Positions 16,761 to 25,401 of a stretch of DNA of 39,812 bases are shown here, one piece after another (the stretch's first letter is position 1; the number at the start of each line of letters is the position of its first letter). The notes beneath the pieces were generated by a model. The model had not been told where the DNA came from. It worked only from the letters and a program-made list of their open reading frames with translations, and made no database searches. Source of the DNA: Chloroflexota bacterium (GTDB lineage: Bacteria > Chloroflexota > Limnocylindria > Limnocylindrales > CSP1-4); the NCBI GenBank assembly GCA_025358525.1, contig JANYJI010000026.1:1-39812 (forward strand). Reading direction: 5' to 3'. Position numbers and translations under genes: made by a program.

Positions 16761-18872
16761 TCACGGCTTGGATTTTGCGAAGCCGACCGCCGGCGCGGCT
16801 GGTGGCAGCACCGGCGCGGCTGATGGCGCCGCAGGTGGCGGCACCGGAGGGGCTGGTGGCGAGCCGCCGATCTGCAATATCCCGTCTACCTTGGTGTAGT
16901 GGGAGGTCCAGGTCTCGGTATGGATCACCTTGCCGGTCGAGTCGGTCACGGTGCGTGTCCTGGATGTGTCGAAGCCGTCCGTCGGGTATTCCGTGCGGTT
17001 CTGCTGGTTCGGCTTCAGCGTGCTCACGTACACCTTGCGGTCGGCAGCCCTGACCACATTCGCCCTGAACTCGGGGCTGAAGGCCACCGTCCGGGCGAGC
17101 GGCAGGCTCCAGAGCTGGACCGTGATCGTGCTCTTGGACCCGTAGGTCGACCCGGCCAGGATCACGATCGGGTTGGGCGTGTCATTGGTCCATTTCAGGT
17201 CCCACACCTGATAGCCGTTGGAGTACACAGTCGCGTCGAGCCCGATCGGATAGCGGCCGATGTAGTAGAAGTGGGGGTGGCGCTCGTCGATTTGGAGCCC
17301 GGCCCTCGCGGCCGCATTGAACATCGTCGTGGATGCTGAGCAGATGCCGCCGCCCATCGCGCCCGTGTGGTCGCTCTTGCCTTGCTCGATGACGCCGCCC
17401 CAGGTGTACCCGTGGGCTTGGTCTACCGGGCTGACGGCACTAAGGAAGCCGAACTGCTGGCCAGGGGCCACGACTTGACCGTTGAGGAGTTTCGCCGGGA
17501 CGCGGATGTTGGCGCCGTTGCCGTTGCTCACGTCCGGGAAGAAGGTGGTCGTCCAGCTGCCGATTGCGACCAGATGGCTCAGGCCATCGACCGTGACATT
17601 CGGCGCGACCGCCGCCGTGATGGCGGTGACGGCGGAGACCGGCTTCTCGCCCGAGGCCAGACTGTCCAGGTAGGCCGAGATGGCCCGCGAAGTTGCGACC
17701 GCGTCGATCTCTGTGCCGTCGCTGCCGCCCTTCAGGCTGACGAGGGCACCGGAACTGTCGAAGACGATCGTCGGTTCAACCGGTGCGATCCGGATCTGTG
17801 CGGAGAGGCCCGATAGATACGCCCGGATCGGAGCGGGATCCGCAGTGGGGCCGTATCGGCCATCGCTGTTCGTACCGAAGACGATCCAGCCGAGAACCGT
17901 TTTGGCTTCGATGAGGGAGATCTTGGGCGGCTTCGTCGTTTGGCTGGAGACCGGGCTCCCGCTCGCGGCCGGAGTCGGAGCGTCGCCGCCGAATAGCAGG
18001 CTCACATCAACGACCATCTTCTGGGCTGCGGCGATCGCGGCTTGGGCATCCTTGTCGCTGACGCGCGGCCGGAGTTCCACGAACGCGCCACCCGCCTGGA
18101 AGTTGGCCGGTGCGTTCGGCTCCGCAAGATGGTTGATGAGCGCGCTAGAGATCGCGGCCTCGTCGATGGCGCGTCCGCTGGCCGACGACGAGTAGGCGAA
18201 TGTGCCGTATTGAACCGACGCCTGCGCATCCTGCGGCACCACGTTGGCACCAGCCAGCTGACGGAGGCTGGTCGCCACCGCCGTCGGGTCGATCCGCACG
18301 GCGATCGGGAGGGAATCGGCGTTGATGATTGTTCGGAGCATGGTGGCGGCGTCGCCGATCGGGTTGCCCGAATGGCCGATCCGCATCGCTTCGTCGGCCA
18401 TGAATTCGACGTCGGGCGCGCGGCCAAGTTGCTGGTACGTGATCGTGGCCGCGCCGGTTGGCGTAGTAACCGTGACCTCCCCCTGACCGAGGTAGGCATA
18501 GGCAACGTGAAGCCTGGCGATCACCTGGTCGCGGCTCATGCCGGACAGATCGACCGAACCAACCTCGACCCCGGCGATCACCCGATTCGAGTTGGCGCTG
18601 AAGGCAGCCACAGCCGCTCCCCCGAGCACGGCCAGGCACGCTATCGCTCCTGCAGCGAAAGCCAGCCCAAACCCGACCACCCACCGGCCATTCCAAGTGC
18701 GGGATCTAGCCCCCGCGAACGGGTTGCGGAGCCGGAGTCGGCGTTCGGGGGCGATGGAGATGGGGGCGCCGACGACTGAGGTCGACTCGGATGCGTTGGG
18801 CTGTCGCGCCACCAGCTCGGCCGCCGCCGCACCCAGGATTTCGTCAACCAGGTCTAGCTCTTCGACTGGCAT
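16761..18872 (-). CDS. VanW/YoaR-family membrane-anchored protein with proline-rich C-terminal tail
   Basis: 703-aa ORF. N-terminal TM segment (VVGFGLAFAAGAIACLAVLGGAAV), a YoaR-like region, a VanW core (GGICSASTTMFNAAARAGLQIDERHPHFYY) and the tail GGSPPAPPVPPPAAPSAAPVLPPAAP. Confidence 0.8.
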   Translation of the reverse strand: MPVEELDLVDEILGAAAAELVARQPNASESTSVVGAPISIAPERRLRLRNPFAGARSRTWNGRWVVGFGLAFAAGAIACLAVLGGAAVAAFSANSNRVIAGVEVGSVDLSGMSRDQVIARLHVAYAYLGQGEVTVTTPTGAATITYQQLGRAPDVEFMADEAMRIGHSGNPIGDAATMLRTIINADSLPIAVRIDPTAVATSLRQLAGANVVPQDAQASVQYGTFAYSSSASGRAIDEAAISSALINHLAEPNAPANFQAGGAFVELRPRVSDKDAQAAIAAAQKMVVDVSLLFGGDAPTPAASGSPVSSQTTKPPKISLIEAKTVLGWIVFGTNSDGRYGPTADPAPIRAYLSGLSAQIRIAPVEPTIVFDSSGALVSLKGGSDGTEIDAVATSRAISAYLDSLASGEKPVSAVTAITAAVAPNVTVDGLSHLVAIGSWTTTFFPDVSNGNGANIRVPAKLLNGQVVAPGQQFGFLSAVSPVDQAHGYTWGGVIEQGKSDHTGAMGGGICSASTTMFNAAARAGLQIDERHPHFYYIGRYPIGLDATVYSNGYQVWDLKWTNDTPNPIVILAGSTYGSKSTITVQLWSLPLARTVAFSPEFRANVVRAADRKVYVSTLKPNQQNRTEYPTDGFDTSRTRTVTDSTGKVIHTETWTSHYTKVDGILQIGGSPPAPPVPPPAAPSAAPVLPPAAPAVGFAKSKP

Positions 18873-19027
18873 AGCGATTCTCTCACCCCGGTACGTAGAG
18901 TACCTTGCGTCGGCCAGTTGGTTTCCAGCCCCGCGCTGGCGGCGCGCCTGCCACGACCGCGCGATGGCCGACTCTTCCTCTGAGGCCCGCTACGTCGAAC
19001 GCCCTTCGGCCAAGCTTCGTCCGGCGG

Positions 19028-20011
19028 CTACCAGCGCTGGTGGACGAGCGGCTTGACGCGCTCCTCATAGAGATGGGCGATCCTCTCCATCGCGGCAGGC
19101 GGCAGAGGGCCGAGGTCCGCCGCGGCAGCATTCGCGCGGGCCTGCTCGGGCGTCTTTGCGCCCGGAATGGCGGCCGTAACAGCGGCGGCCATGAGGACCC
19201 AGCGCAGCGCCATCTGGGCCATCGTGGCGCCCATCGGGACGAGCGAGCGCAGCTCGTCGACGACCGCAAGGCCGGTCTCGTAATCGACTCCTGCGAACGT
19301 CTCGCCCATATCGAAGGCCTCGCCATGCCGGTTGAAGCGGCGATGGTCCGATTCGTCGAAAACGGTCTCCTTCGTCAGCTTGCCGCTCAGGAGGCCGGAT
19401 GCGAGGGGAACCCGGGCCAGGACGCCGACATCGCGACGGGCCGCCTCGGCCAGGAAGCGTTCCGCCGGCCGCTGCCGGACGATGTTGAAGACGATCTGGA
19501 CCGAGGCGACGCCCGGGAACTCGATGGCCTTTAGCCCCTCCTCGACGCGCTCCACGCTGACGCCGTAGCTGGCTATCGCGCCCGCAGACACGAGGTTATC
19601 GAGGGCCGCGAAGATCTCCGGGTGGTAGTAAACGGCCGTCGGCAGGCAGTGGAGCTGCACGAGGTCCAGGCGATCGACGCGCAGGTTGTCGCGGCTCCGA
19701 TCGATCCAGCCTCGGAAGGTCTCCGGCGTGTAGTGAGCCAGATCCAGAGGTACGCGGCGGCCCATCTTCGTCGCGACGAAGAGCGACTCGCCGCTTCGCT
19801 CCCGGAGGAACTGTCCGATCAACCGCTCGCTCCGGCCGTCCCCGTAGACGTCCGCGGTATCAAAGAGCGTCACGCCCGCATCGGCGGCCGCGTGGAGCGC
19901 ACGAAGGCTGTCGGCATCGTCCACGGTGCCCCAGTCGCCGCCGATCGCCCAGGCGCCAAAGCCAATCGCGCTCACCATGCGCTCGGTCTTCCCGAGCCTT
20001 CGGTACTCCAC
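19028..20011 (-). CDS. Aldo/keto reductase
   Basis: 327-aa ORF. MEYRRLGKTERMVSAIGFGAWAIGG, DTADVYGDG, FVATKMG and LVQLH match the AKR catalytic D/Y/K/H pattern. Confidence 0.9.
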   Translation of the reverse strand: MEYRRLGKTERMVSAIGFGAWAIGGDWGTVDDADSLRALHAAADAGVTLFDTADVYGDGRSERLIGQFLRERSGESLFVATKMGRRVPLDLAHYTPETFRGWIDRSRDNLRVDRLDLVQLHCLPTAVYYHPEIFAALDNLVSAGAIASYGVSVERVEEGLKAIEFPGVASVQIVFNIVRQRPAERFLAEAARRDVGVLARVPLASGLLSGKLTKETVFDESDHRRFNRHGEAFDMGETFAGVDYETGLAVVDELRSLVPMGATMAQMALRWVLMAAAVTAAIPGAKTPEQARANAAAADLGPLPPAAMERIAHLYEERVKPLVHQRW

Positions 20012-20163
20012 TTTGATTTCCTCCTGGGTAATGGTCGAATGAAGGATAGGCCGCCTGCAATGGGGGCATCCGCCCTAATCTCCGGCGGCCTCCGGGCACG
20101 CCCGGTGATACAACCACGGTCGGTGGGCCTGGGCATCCCGAAGGGCCGAGCTAGACTGGTCGG

Positions 20164-21129
20164 ATGAACGACGTGAAGCTCGGAGCCCTCTGCTGGAACC
20201 AGTACACCAAATGGCCGTCGCTGCTCGAGGCCGGGAAACGGGCGGACCGGCTTGGCTACGACACCCTCTGGACGTGGGATCACCTGTACCCGATCGTCGG
20301 TGACCCGCACGGCCCCATCTTCGAGGGCTGGCTGACGATCACGGCCTGGGCAGCCACGACCGAGCGCGTCCGGATTGGACTCATGGTCGGGGCGAATCCG
20401 ATGCGCAACCCGGCCCTCGTGGCAAAGATGGCCACGACTCTCGACCAGATCAGCGCTGGTCGAGCGATCCTCGGCCTCGGTGCCGCCTGGTTCGAGGAGG
20501 AGCATCTCGACTTCGGCCTCGAGTTTGGCTCGGGTTTCCCCGAGCGGCTGCGCTGGCTTGGAGAGGCCCTGCCGATCATCCAGGGGATGCTGCGCGGCGA
20601 GGAGCCCAGCGCCACAGGGCCGCACTACGCCGCCCGCCACGTGCGCAATGACCCGCCCCCGGTCCAGGCTAGGCTGCCGATCCTCGTCGGTGGCGGCGGT
20701 GAGAAGGTGACCCTCAAGCTCGTCGCCCAGTACGCGGACGCGAACAACCTCGGCGGCGGCTTCGAGACCGTCAAACGCAAGGAGGCGATCCTGCGCGAGC
20801 ACTGCGAACGGATCGGCCGGGACGAGCGCGAGATCGAGCGCACGGCGGGGGTGGGAGTGGTCGTCATCCGCGATTCACGGGCCGAGGCGGAGCGTGTCTT
20901 CGACCGGCTATTCGAGAATAACCGCGTCGCCGCGAAGTGGCAGGACCAGCCGATTGGCACGCCGGACGACGTGGCCGGGTACCTGGCGCCGTATGTCGAG
21001 CTCGGATACCGACACCTCATCGCCGGATATCCGGCGCCGTATGACGAGGAATCCATGACCAGGCTCGTGACCGAGGTGAAGCCGGTCCTCGAGCACTCCG
21101 GGCTATCCCGCGTCGGCGACAATCCCTGA
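20164..21129 (+). CDS. LLM-class (luciferase-like) flavin/F420-dependent oxidoreductase
   Basis: 321-aa ORF. TLWTWDHLYP, RIGLMVGANPMRNPALVAKMATTLDQISAGRAILGLGAAW are typical of LLM F420-dependent enzymes. Confidence 0.85.
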   Translation: MNDVKLGALCWNQYTKWPSLLEAGKRADRLGYDTLWTWDHLYPIVGDPHGPIFEGWLTITAWAATTERVRIGLMVGANPMRNPALVAKMATTLDQISAGRAILGLGAAWFEEEHLDFGLEFGSGFPERLRWLGEALPIIQGMLRGEEPSATGPHYAARHVRNDPPPVQARLPILVGGGGEKVTLKLVAQYADANNLGGGFETVKRKEAILREHCERIGRDEREIERTAGVGVVVIRDSRAEAERVFDRLFENNRVAAKWQDQPIGTPDDVAGYLAPYVELGYRHLIAGYPAPYDEESMTRLVTEVKPVLEHSGLSRVGDNP

Positions 21130-21159
21130 GGGTCGCGGCGCCTGCTCCTGAAGGGGGCA

Positions 21160-21657
21160 GTGGAATGGCGCCCCTTCACTCGCCCCGATGCCATCAGTCC
21201 GCTCCGCCAGCCTGAGGAGAAGCGAAAAGACGTGCCCTTACTGGCGGTCTTCGGCGTGGGGTTTATCGAGATCTGGTTCGCTGTGCCGACCGGCCTGGCC
21301 CTCGGCCTGCCCGCGCCAATCGTCTGGATCATGACCGTCGCCGGGTCCATGACCAGCGTCACTCTCGTCGCGTTTGCCGGTGATGCGCTCCGCGGCTGGC
21401 TGATCCGCCGACGCGGCACAGACTGGCCGGCGAAGACGGGCCGGATCTACGGGATCTGGGTCCGCTATGGCGTCCCGGGCTGGGGGCTCGTATCGCCGCT
21501 CTTCATGACGCCGCCGATGGGCACGGCCGTCGCCCTGATGCTCGGCGCGCCGAAGCGACGTCTCCTGGTCTGGATGTTCGCGGGCGTGATGCTCTGGACG
21601 TCGATTCTCGTGGCGGCCGGGATCATCGGCCTGGGCCTGATCAAAGCCGTCCACTGA
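21160..21657 (+). CDS. Small integral membrane protein (possibly COG2426 small multidrug-export family)
   Basis: 165-aa ORF with about 4 hydrophobic segments. FIEIWFAVPTGLALGLP resembles the family motif. The start codon is uncertain. Confidence 0.5.
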   Translation: MEWRPFTRPDAISPLRQPEEKRKDVPLLAVFGVGFIEIWFAVPTGLALGLPAPIVWIMTVAGSMTSVTLVAFAGDALRGWLIRRRGTDWPAKTGRIYGIWVRYGVPGWGLVSPLFMTPPMGTAVALMLGAPKRRLLVWMFAGVMLWTSILVAAGIIGLGLIKAVH

Positions 21658-21736
21658 CCTTGAACGGGCCCGGTAAGCACCTGCACCGGCCTGAGCGCCG
21701 CCCCGCCCCTGGCCGGCTTGCCGGCTCACTTAGTGT

Positions 21737-22315
21737 TTGCTCCAGGGAAATACGGCTTGTTTTGGGCCGCTTGTCAACATAAGAGGCAGTTCGAGCCCTC
21801 TTAGGTATGTGAAGGGAGCCAGCGTACTGGTTGGCGTAAGGGATCGATTTGACACCGACTACACCAAGCTCTTCGCCGACCTCACGGTCCTCTGCCGTGC
21901 GCTCGGCGCTGGCGACAGTTCCGAAGACATCGCCCAGGAGGCGCTTCTCCATGGCCGTGAGCATCGGGACCAGCTTCGAGACGAGGCCAAGTTGGAATCG
22001 TGGCTGCGTCGCATTGCGGCTCGGCGCACTTTCGAACACCTGCGCCGTCAGAGGCGTTACCAGCCCGAAGAGCCAGTCAGGGCCTTCATCCCAGTCGACC
22101 CTTCGATCTCGATCGACGTCTCGGCGGCCATCATTCGCCTGCCCGAGCGCGAGCGGGTGGCAGTCATTCTTGTCTACGGTGTCGGCTACGAGCAGGAAGA
22201 GGCGGCCCAGGTGATGAACGTCACCCGTGGCACCGTCGCCACTCTGCTGCACCGGGCCCGCCGGCACCTCGCGGAGTTGCTGGCCGGGTATGCGCCGGAT
22301 AGGGACCTGCCGTGA
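21737..22315 (+). CDS. ECF-type sigma factor
   Basis: 192-aa ORF starting at TTG; GTG 21809 is an alternative. Region 2 SEDIAQEALLHGREH...WLRRIAARR, region 4 EQEEAAQVMNVTRGTVATLLHRARRHL. Confidence 0.8.
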   Translation: MLQGNTACFGPLVNIRGSSSPLRYVKGASVLVGVRDRFDTDYTKLFADLTVLCRALGAGDSSEDIAQEALLHGREHRDQLRDEAKLESWLRRIAARRTFEHLRRQRRYQPEEPVRAFIPVDPSISIDVSAAIIRLPERERVAVILVYGVGYEQEEAAQVMNVTRGTVATLLHRARRHLAELLAGYAPDRDLP

Positions 22316-23943
22316 GCCCGATGCCCCTCGGCCACGTCTCAGCGGACCGGCTGGGTGAGGCTGCTCGGCACGCGAGCCTGGATTCTCTGCGCTCGGCCGA
22401 GCACCGGCATGTTGAAGCCTGCGACCAATGCAAGCGTCTCTACGCCGGCTACCGGATGACCGACCGGCTCCTCGCGGCCGACTGGCGCCAGACGAAACTG
22501 CCGGCCTCGGTCCTGGGGCAGAAGCAGATCCGGACCGGAGCCCTCGGCTTCCTGGACGGCCTCAACCTGCGCGCTGGCTTGCGCTTCCTCGTCCCGGCGG
22601 CCGTCACGGCATGCCTTGCGGCGCTTATCGGTTTCGGTGTGCTGCTGCCGCAGTTTTTGCCGCCGCCCGGCCCGGCGGCGAGTGGCAGCGAGGCGGCCGC
22701 GATGTCGCCCGTGCCGAGCTCCAAGTTGGAAGCCACTCCAGACGTCGCGGCCAGCGCTTCGGCCGGGGCCACGCCCGCCGGGTCGGCCGGGCCGGCGGGG
22801 CCGGGGCAATCCGCGGCCGCCGGCCTGGGCGGCTCTCCGGCCACCGGGCCCGGACCCGGGCCCGAATCCGTGGCGACTCGCGGCCCCGTCGCGACTCCCG
22901 TGCCCCAGCCGCCGGTCAAGCTCGCGTCTCTATCGGGCTGGCCGATCACCTGGGCCGCCGACGGCTCGCACCTGCTGGTCGCCCGCGGCTCGGGCTGGAC
23001 GAGCCAACGCCAGATCCAGATACGGGATTCGGCCGGTGGGCTCAGCGGCTCGTTGAGTGCCGATCATGCCACGTGGGTCGACTCGCGCACGATCGCGGTG
23101 GCCACTCACGGAGGCGGCAAGAGCCCGGCTGGATCGGCCGCCACGGTTCGCCTGCTCGACCTCAACGGCAACGTCACAGCCACCATTCCCGGCCAGTACA
23201 GCGAGGGCGGGCAATCTCCATCCGGAGCCATCCTGCTCGGCAGCGGCACGGGCTATCTCGCCATCGCCAGCCAGGGCGGCTGGGGTTCGTCGCAGTCGAC
23301 CTACGTCTTGTGGGACGGTCACGGACTGAGCTCCTCGCACGCCGGAATGCCCATCGCCTTCTCGGGCGATGGTAAGAGACTCGCTGTCCTGCACCCGTCC
23401 GGAGGATCGGGCGGCGGCTCCGCCCAAGGCTGGCTCGAAATCGTGACGGCGCCGAGCTTGGGCAGTATCGCCTCGCTCTCCCACGCGAACGTCCACGTCG
23501 GGAGTCAGGGCGATGGCCCTGGCTATGCGCCGGCCGCGTCATTCAGCCCCGACGGCAATTCCATCCTCGTCTCCGGCACGCTGGTTGACCTCTCGCGAGG
23601 GTTGACAACGCAGGTCGGTGAGGGCGGCTGGCTGCCCGACGGAACACTCCTGACGTCGAACGGCGGGGTCGTCCTGCGCTGGCAGGCTGGCCACTCCACA
23701 GCGGACGCTCGTTTCGCGGCCGGCGGTGCGGTCGAGACCTCGCGCCACGGCGACGTGGTCGAGTACTTCGTCGACGGCCGGTCACCACTCTTGCTGAAGT
23801 CCGACGGGACGCTCCAGCAGCTCAACTTGCCAGGCATCGCCTCGCTCGACGATCTGTCACTCGCCCCAGATGGGGGCGCGGTGGCGGTCAACGGCCGAGG
23901 CACGGATGGCAGCAGGGTCATTGCCGTAGCTCCGCTGAACTAA
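22312..23943 (+). CDS. Anti-sigma factor (zf-HC2) with single TM and extracytoplasmic PD40/TolB-like beta-propeller
   Basis: GTGA overlap with the sigma gene. HVEACDQC fits H-x3-C-x2-C. TM FLVPAAVTACLAALIGFGVLLP, then a low-complexity linker. Repeats WAADGSHLLV, FSGDGKRLAV, FSPDGNSILV and LAPDGGAVAV. Confidence 0.75.
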   Translation: MSPMPLGHVSADRLGEAARHASLDSLRSAEHRHVEACDQCKRLYAGYRMTDRLLAADWRQTKLPASVLGQKQIRTGALGFLDGLNLRAGLRFLVPAAVTACLAALIGFGVLLPQFLPPPGPAASGSEAAAMSPVPSSKLEATPDVAASASAGATPAGSAGPAGPGQSAAAGLGGSPATGPGPGPESVATRGPVATPVPQPPVKLASLSGWPITWAADGSHLLVARGSGWTSQRQIQIRDSAGGLSGSLSADHATWVDSRTIAVATHGGGKSPAGSAATVRLLDLNGNVTATIPGQYSEGGQSPSGAILLGSGTGYLAIASQGGWGSSQSTYVLWDGHGLSSSHAGMPIAFSGDGKRLAVLHPSGGSGGGSAQGWLEIVTAPSLGSIASLSHANVHVGSQGDGPGYAPAASFSPDGNSILVSGTLVDLSRGLTTQVGEGGWLPDGTLLTSNGGVVLRWQAGHSTADARFAAGGAVETSRHGDVVEYFVDGRSPLLLKSDGTLQQLNLPGIASLDDLSLAPDGGAVAVNGRGTDGSRVIAVAPLN

Positions 23944-24028
23944 CCACGGCTCACCCCCGCCGGCCGGAGACCGCCGGGGCCAAGACCGACCCGTCAACCC
24001 AAGAAAGAGAAACGCGAAGGAGCACCAA

Positions 24029-25192
24029 ATGCAACACCGCACAAGGAATGTCCTGACGGCCGTGCTGGCCTCGTGCCTGCTCGCCGCCGTCGGGTTCAGC
24101 GGCACCGTGGCCGCACGCGATCCCAACGGCGGACATCCTGGCAATCCCGGTACGTCGGCCAAGCCGCTGCCGTCCGGCTGGGCCTGGCCGTCCGATCTCA
24201 AGACCCAGAAGCCGCACGATCCGCAGAAGACTGAGAAGCCGGAGAAGCCTGACAAGCCGGACAAGCCGGACAAGGCCGAGAAGCACGATCCGGACAAGAC
24301 CAACAAGCCGATTCTGAGCTGCACGCCAACGTCAGGCTCGAGCGCGACCCCGGCTCCGTCGGCGGCGTCCTCGGCGGTCTCGGGGACGGCCGCAGTCCTG
24401 CTGAACGGCAAGCTCCCCGGCTTCAAGGGCGACTGGGACAAGCTGGCCACCGACCTGCGCGGCCGCTTCAATGCCGAGTGGCTGAATAACTTCTGCCAGA
24501 TCGATCCGCTCCGAGCGGCCCTCGACAAGCAAATCGCCGGGCGCATCTCTTCGCTCCAGGAGCTTATCGATAAGGTCGGTAAGTCCGGACTGGGCGCCTC
24601 GGATCAGGCCACGGTTGACGGCGAGCTGAATTCGCTCATCGCCGACCTCAAGGCTCTCAAGACCAAGGTCGATGCCGAGACGACGCTCGCCGCACTGCAG
24701 GCCGACTTCCAGACGCTCAACTCCAAGTCTCATCTCTACCGCTCGGTCACGCAGTGGGTCCAGCTCCTGGTTGGGGCCGAGAAGTTGATCGCCTCTGAGC
24801 CAGACCTTGCGACTCTCCAGAGCAAGGTTGCGGCTGAAGTCGCCGCGGCGCCTGCGGGTCCCGAGACCGCCGACGCCCAGATATACCTCAACGACCTGAA
24901 GCTTGCTCTTGCAGACGGCACGAGCCTCGTTGCGCCCCTGCCGGCGAAGCTGCTGGCGATTACGCCAGCACAGCTGGCCGACGGCTCGGCGGACGCGGTT
25001 TTGGCCGCGGCCAAGGTCACGCTCTTCCACGCCGCGTGGGACTTCCAGCTCGCTCGCTGGGCGGGCCACTGGGCCGAGAATGAGATCAAGGAGGCCACGG
25101 CTACGCCGAAGTCGACGCCGGTCGCCACGCCGACTGCCACGCCGGCCGCAACTGCTACGCCGGTCGCAACCCCAACCGCAACGCCGGTCTGA
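24029..25192 (+). CDS. Secreted protein of unknown function (K/P/D/E repeat, helical core, T/P/A-rich tail)
   Basis: 387-aa ORF with GAAGGAG SD. Signal peptide MQHRTRNVLTAVLASCLLAAVGFSGTVAA. EKPEKPDKPDKPDKAEK repeats. Amphipathic helical-looking core. C-terminus TPVATPTATPAATATPVATPTATPV. Confidence 0.65.
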   Translation: MQHRTRNVLTAVLASCLLAAVGFSGTVAARDPNGGHPGNPGTSAKPLPSGWAWPSDLKTQKPHDPQKTEKPEKPDKPDKPDKAEKHDPDKTNKPILSCTPTSGSSATPAPSAASSAVSGTAAVLLNGKLPGFKGDWDKLATDLRGRFNAEWLNNFCQIDPLRAALDKQIAGRISSLQELIDKVGKSGLGASDQATVDGELNSLIADLKALKTKVDAETTLAALQADFQTLNSKSHLYRSVTQWVQLLVGAEKLIASEPDLATLQSKVAAEVAAAPAGPETADAQIYLNDLKLALADGTSLVAPLPAKLLAITPAQLADGSADAVLAAAKVTLFHAAWDFQLARWAGHWAENEIKEATATPKSTPVATPTATPAATATPVATPTATPV

Positions 25193-25287
25193 GGGCCGGC
25201 ACCCCAGCGCCGCCGGGACCCGGCGAGGCTCTTGCGGTCGTCTACCCCAACCGCCGCGATTGGCCCCGCTTCCCGGCCCTGTTCCGT

Positions 25288-25325
25288 CCACGCCGCCGCC
25301 CCCGCATCCGCGGGCGGCGGCGTGG
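25288..25325 (+). terminator. GC-rich stem-loop, candidate terminator of the secreted-protein gene
   Basis: 14-bp perfect stem CCACGCCGCCGCCC / GGGCGGCGGCGTGG with a 10-nt loop, about 95 nt after the stop. Only a weak T tract follows (CACTTTCC). Confidence 0.45.
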
Positions 25326-25401
25326 CACTTTCCAGGCCGCGTCTGAGCCCGTCGCATGGCGGCCCGACAATGAACTGGCTTGCCTCTGTTAACCTCGCGC
25401 C

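Noticed and set aside
21773-21778. Shared GTCAAC..AAGA motif upstream of the sigma gene (21773) and of the secreted-protein gene (about 23990) as a common ECF promoter
   Set aside because: There is no shared -10 element at consistent spacing. In the second copy the implied TSS would fall inside or after the SD of the downstream gene.
22428-23375. 315-aa alternative-frame ORF inside the anti-sigma gene
   Set aside because: It is extremely Arg/Gly/Pro-rich. The frame starting at 22312 carries the zf-HC2 motif, the TM segment and the propeller repeats, and is coupled to the sigma gene.
24233-24283. Short tandem repeats (here and at 33802-33857, 36743-36787) as a CRISPR-like array
   Set aside because: Units are 9-19 bp and directly abutting with no spacers. 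Two of the three are in-frame coding repeats, and no cas genes are present.
24332-25357. 341-aa minus-strand ORF
   Set aside because: It is antisense to the signal-peptide protein. Its composition (R/G-dominated) is typical of spurious high-GC ORFs.
25372-25401. Leaderless-type promoter (TAACCT 6 nt before the methyltransferase ATG)
   Set aside because: The only support is a TANNNT match. There is no convincing -35 at 16-18 nt, so it cannot be distinguished from chance.
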